A DNA stretch of 64,000 nucleotides, from assembly GCA_004431415.1 (NCBI GenBank), contig QPMI01000535.1, positions 434,001 through 498,000 on the forward strand, in the 5' to 3' direction. The DNA comes from Cyanophora paradoxa CCMP329. Taxonomy: Eukaryota; Plantae; Glaucophyta. Positions 62,833 through 64,000 of the stretch are shown in pieces (within the stretch, counting starts at the first letter, position 1; each line of letters starts with the position of its first letter). The position numbers and the translations under genes are program-made. Below the pieces are notes generated by a model that saw only the letters and a program-made list of their open reading frames with translations, was not told the DNA's origin and did not search any database.

Positions 62833-63300
62833 TCGACGTCTCCTATAGCTAGGCCCAGCCGTCCTGCTCTAAAACCTCCCCGGGCCCGCTCTGTGCTGGT
62901 TTATCGGATTCATGGTCAGACCTAGGTTCATGAAATTGATAGCGAACTCTCGAAGCGCGCTTGACGTACGTACACGCGTAAGCATCGAACTTCGGAACTC
63001 GGAATTCGAAGACACTGCAGCTGGAATCACAGCGCTGCAGTCCATCTGCATACGATACGGCCATGCAACTGGCAACTGGAAGCAGCTAGCCTCTGAGCTG
63101 CGCTCCGCGAGTCCGAACAACTTCAGAACTTCTCAACAGGGGGGTACCGTTGCTGCTGGGTGTCCCGCACCGAACACGCACGTTCCCGGGGCTGGCTAGG
63201 TCTGCTAGGCGTCCGAAACGCATCTTCTAGGCAGGCGGCCGGCCATCTAAGCAGGAGAAACCCGGGAAGAGGACGGCGGAGTCGCCGGCAGCTTGGCGGC

Positions 63301-64000
63301 ATGGGCTGCGGAGCGGGGAAGCCTGTAACTACCGACAGCCCGCCAGGGCTTGGTCCCCAGCTCAACGCGGTGCGCGCTGAACTCCTTTCGTCTTTTCCAT
63401 TCTGTGACTTCGGACCAGCCGCCCCCGCAAGCTTCAGAGCCGGTCGTTATTGTGAGCACTAATCCTTCTGGGGTGTATGAAGCATCCCCGTTGACGCCCG
63501 CGCAGGAGCCCGTCAAGGCTCCGCCAGTCCTGCTAGATCGCCCGCCAAGGCACCCGAGCCTGGCGGTGAGCGCCAATGTGAGCGTGAATGGCGTCAAGAA
63601 GGGCGCAGACCTTGAGGATGACCGCAACACCATCATCAAATCCCCGCTGGGTGCGTGCACGTTCCGAGCCCTTGGCCAGTTCGGCGCTTGCCGCCGTCCC
63701 CCGCCTCTGCCTCGAACCGCGGGGGTCCAACGCTTCCCTTAGCTCTAATATGACGTTAAGACGCACGCCAGCCCACGCTTCCTCTGCGAAGGCCTGACTT
63801 TCCAATGCCGCGCCGCAGCATCCGCCGTCCTGAACTATGCCTTCGACGACAACTACAAGAAGGAGGTGGAGAAGGCGCTGCAGACGAGCGCAGTGGACTC
63901 GAATCCGGCGTGGCAGCGCAGCAAGTCCCGCTCGCTGCTGCAGCCGCAGAACCAGGCCAACGGCGTCTCCACTGGGGAAGGGAACCACCTCAGCACGCGG
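63301..64000 (+). CDS. 5' part of an unknown gene with N-myristoylation/palmitoylation motif
   Basis: Starts MGCGAGK, followed by GT-AG introns; runs off the window end. Confidence 0.55.

Overview
GC-rich, intron-dense eukaryotic nuclear DNA. Most ORFs in the supplied track are shadow ORFs; the real genes had to be assembled by hand across short introns (mostly ~50-100 nt). A Phe-led plastid transit peptide with no signal peptide (47029) and cyanobacterial-type genes suggest a primary-plastid alga, probably a glaucophyte such as Cyanophora (inference). About 18 protein genes are supported, many in tight head-to-head pairs: CCCH zinc finger, two-domain cNMP-binding protein, CEP164-like WW protein, PPR protein, R2R3-MYB, YhgE/Pip-like membrane protein, TatD, DDB2, NF-YA, PDI, GH99 endomannosidase, SCAF4/8-like CID-RRM protein, plastid UVR-SnoaL protein, BAR-SH3 protein, DUF3598-like protein, a receptor-like kinase and two unknowns. 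The top finding is a single-pass receptor (signal peptide, unknown ectodomain, TM helix) whose cytoplasmic part is a cyanobacterial Pkn2-type '4-Cys prefix' kinase; it lies head-to-head with a second cyanobacterial-type gene. Other highlights are a complete tRNA-derived SINE with a 13-bp TSD, very frequent GC-AG introns and microexons as short as 5 nt, a hairpin-type excision footprint in a zinc-finger exon, palindrome-saturated intergenic DNA, a microhomology-joined 2.2-kb tandem duplication, and an A-tract dyad element at the window start. Family assignments come from motif recognition, not database searches. Some frameshifts in G/C runs may be sequencing errors.
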